DNA of 64,000 nucleotides from an uncultured bacterium (GTDB lineage Bacteria; Chlamydiota; Chlamydiia; Chlamydiales; SM23-39): NCBI GenBank assembly GCA_963716985.1, contig OY970323.1, positions 1,457,942 to 1,521,941 of the forward strand, read 5' to 3'. Shown piece by piece: positions 61,552 to 64,000 of this stretch (position 1 is its first letter; each line of letters starts with the position of its first letter). The notes under the pieces were generated by a model. It saw only the letters and a program-made list of their open reading frames with translations, ran no database searches and was not told where the DNA came from. The position numbers and the translations under genes were made by a program.

Positions 61552-62871
61552 TCATCCCAACATGTTTTTCACCAAATGGTCTATGGCATGCACCAAATAG
61601 AATGGAACGGATAAAATTCGATTGTGAAAGGATAGGGGCATTTCAGAAATGCGAATGCCTAAAGGAGCTTTTTTGGCATCCAAAAAGCTTTGCAGCGAAC
61701 AAAGCCTTCCCGTCGATCCTGCTTTCACTTCTATAGGGATCATTTGCGAATCTACAGTGACTACAAAATCAACCTCAGCTTCCGATTTTTCCTTTTCCCA
61801 AAAAAGGAGTGAGCGATTTTGATAAGGTTTTGCATAAGCCAAAAGCTCTTGTCCGACAAACTGTTCTGCCAAACTACCGGCATTGATTTGGTTGATATCT
61901 TTTTCCCAAATATCTTGCGCATCGATTTGGCTAGCCGTTTGTAAAAGGCCAACATCAAGAAAAAGAAGTTTAAAACGATTTTCTTTCATGTGCGCATGCA
62001 AAGGTATGCCGCTTGCCGTTGTGGCAAAAACTTGATGGATAATTCCTGCTTTTGTCAAAAGTTCAAGAGCAGGTTTTAGATCGCGGGATCTAGACTCTTT
62101 GTCAATTTGGACATATTTGACAATTTTTCCCACAAGCGCTGGCGCTTTTTGAAAAAGCAAATACAAATATTTATGCAGAACCTCTGCAGAATATTTTCCA
62201 AAATCACTCGAATAAGCTTGTAAAATCCTCTCGTGAACTTTTTGGCACTCTAAAAATGATTCTTTCAATAAATAGCTTGCAATGGCATCCGGCATCCCTC
62301 CAATAAAGAAAAACCGTCTTACCCATTTGAGCATCTCTTCATGCTCGAGTGTTGAAAGGGGTTTTTCCATTGTTGCAGAAGAAATCCGTTCATAGGAAAT
62401 AGGGGCGGTTGTTTGTAAAAACTCCATAAGAGAAAAAGGGCGCAAATAAAAAAATTCTACCCTTCCTACAGGAAAAGAGTAACGCTCATCGTGAAGAAAA
62501 AACTCCATGAGCGATCCCGCAGCAATCACATGAAGTTGTGGCATCAATTCTTTAAAATATCGCAGACTCGTCAAAGCTTCGGGACATTCTTGAATTTCAT
62601 CAAGAAATAAAAGAGTTTTTCCCGGAACGATTTTTTTTTGTAGAGCCATCTCGATTTTTTGTGCTATTTCTTTGGCATCCGGAGTGACAAAACATTTTTT
62701 TAGATGTGGATATCTTTCAAAATCGATGATGAGAACTTCATCGAAAAAAGTTTTCCCAAAGGATTCGATGAGATAACTTTTCCCTACCTGACGAGCTCCT
62801 CTAAGAATAAGAGGCAAATGCTCTGGGCTCTTTTTCCAGGCGATGAGATCTTTTTCTAAAAATCGCTTCAT
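61552..62871 (-). CDS. AAA_14 ATPase with DUF4143 domain
   Basis: GARQVGKS, LFLDEIQ, AAGSL, GGMP, LDVGLL, EVDFV...PIEVKAG. Confidence 0.9.
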   Translation of the reverse strand: MKRFLEKDLIAWKKSPEHLPLILRGARQVGKSYLIESFGKTFFDEVLIIDFERYPHLKKCFVTPDAKEIAQKIEMALQKKIVPGKTLLFLDEIQECPEALTSLRYFKELMPQLHVIAAGSLMEFFLHDERYSFPVGRVEFFYLRPFSLMEFLQTTAPISYERISSATMEKPLSTLEHEEMLKWVRRFFFIGGMPDAIASYLLKESFLECQKVHERILQAYSSDFGKYSAEVLHKYLYLLFQKAPALVGKIVKYVQIDKESRSRDLKPALELLTKAGIIHQVFATTASGIPLHAHMKENRFKLLFLDVGLLQTASQIDAQDIWEKDINQINAGSLAEQFVGQELLAYAKPYQNRSLLFWEKEKSEAEVDFVVTVDSQMIPIEVKAGSTGRLCSLQSFLDAKKAPLGIRISEMPLSFHNRILSVPFYLVHAIDHLVKNMLG

Positions 62872-63111
62872 GTCTTAAAATTACCATTTTTTGGCTATTT
62901 TAACTACCTATTTCAGCCAAATTTTGGCGAAAATAGGTATGCTTTTCAGCCAAATTTCAAGACATTAAAGAGATAGGTACCTTATATTTAGCATTTTGCG
63001 ACGAAATGCAAAAAATTTTTATGATGACGAGCGAGAACACCACCAGCCTCGCGCCGGTGGATGAAAGCTCGCCATCTCACGAAATCTTCCGTTAAAAGTT
63101 CCTTTCTCTCT

Positions 63112-63783
63112 TTAAAAATGTTTTCCAAAACCCATCCCTGCCTTTAACCCACCCGCTTGGCTTGCGCAGTTTTCATTTCCATGAAGCGGAAGGTAGAGAT
63201 AGTCAGCAAAAAAATCCAGATAAAGAGAATGGTAGAAAAACCATTGGAATTGGGATTTAAAAACCCCTCCCCATCGTCGGTAGCGCGTGTGCTTATTGGC
63301 AGATTCGCAAGAACTCTGATCGGCAACGTTTAAAAAATAATAGGTGGGCCCTAATCCTAAAGATAGTTTCAAACAGCGGTTCAGTCGAAATTGATACTTT
63401 AGGCCCATGCTCAGAGGAATCAAATGAATTTTCGAGTGGTGGTCTTGGTCGATCGCGCCTTTTTTGGGAAACCAGCTGATATTGGCCCAAAGATAAAAAT
63501 TTCGGTGTAGTTTTTGTGCGCTTTCGATTTCATAATCAAGCCGCGCACCTCGATAAATTTTACGGAAAATAGGAGCGCGCGGATAAAAATAAGCGATACG
63601 CAATTCGGTCTCATTGCCAAAATCGCGAATGCGCTTTGAGGGCATTGAAGAGGAGGCCTTTTCACAAGAAGATTTTGATATAGCGCAAGCGTCCTTCGAA
63701 TCATTAAAGGAGAAAAAGAGCAGCGCTATGCAGATATTGGCGATGAGAAAAAAGGGGCTCTTCCGGTTCGAATATTTTTTCAT
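63112..63783 (-). CDS. Outer-membrane beta-barrel protein, 223 aa
   Basis: N-terminal hydrophobic signal, amphipathic beta pattern (LSLGLGPTY, LDFFADYLY), terminal F. Confidence 0.7.
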   Translation of the reverse strand: MKKYSNRKSPFFLIANICIALLFFSFNDSKDACAISKSSCEKASSSMPSKRIRDFGNETELRIAYFYPRAPIFRKIYRGARLDYEIESAQKLHRNFYLWANISWFPKKGAIDQDHHSKIHLIPLSMGLKYQFRLNRCLKLSLGLGPTYYFLNVADQSSCESANKHTRYRRWGGVFKSQFQWFFYHSLYLDFFADYLYLPLHGNENCASQAGGLKAGMGFGKHF

Positions 63784-64000
63784 TTTCTAGTTCCTTTTAT
63801 TTTTTTAGATCATATCGAAACTTTTGCAAAACCACTTGAAATAGTTCCTCCGCTACCTATAGAAAAAAGATAGTATGTGTGATGTTTTTTTGGTTCGCAA
63901 ATAGAGAAACACAAAGGGCCATCGGCGGCGATTTGTGCGACAAAATGAGTTCTTTCTTCATCCTGATAAATCAGATAACCAACGGGCGGGATGCCGGACA

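Overview
Chromosomal window from a member of the phylum Chlamydiae (environmental, Simkaniaceae/Parachlamydiales-like). This is inferred from the 16S sequence, a double-length UvrA, a chlamydial-type Tgt/YhhQ pair, cdaA-cdaR and a MOMP-like porin. The core backbone is hflX-MBL hydrolase, tgt-yhhQ, one complete minus-strand rRNA operon (16S-23S-5S, no spacer tRNA), folC-PHP-murB-nusB, cdaA-cdaR-GT4-lpxL-rsmE, pyk and uvrA. Accessory genes are a 1.9-kaa autotransporter with near-identical internal repeats, three paralogous Cys-His-Asp effector-like proteins, a kinase-like effector, an Inc-like protein, a tandem M48 peptidase pair and a BrxD/SngB-like ATPase locus cut by the left edge. Mobile DNA is dense. 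There are five insertion sequences with recognisable TIRs and target duplications (one IS50-like, two apparently identical IS66 copies, one divergent frameshifted IS66, one IS1202-like), two kinds of MITE-like element, a group II intron maturase scrap and three relics of RNA-guided OMEGA systems. The strongest signal is a 353-bp, protein-less IscB omegaRNA (HEARO) element inserted exactly at the ancestral cdaA-stop/cdaR-start ATGA overlap; its predicted guide plus ATGA TAM match the empty allele. Start codons were adjusted by eye where noted. No database searches were run, so family names come from motif recognition.
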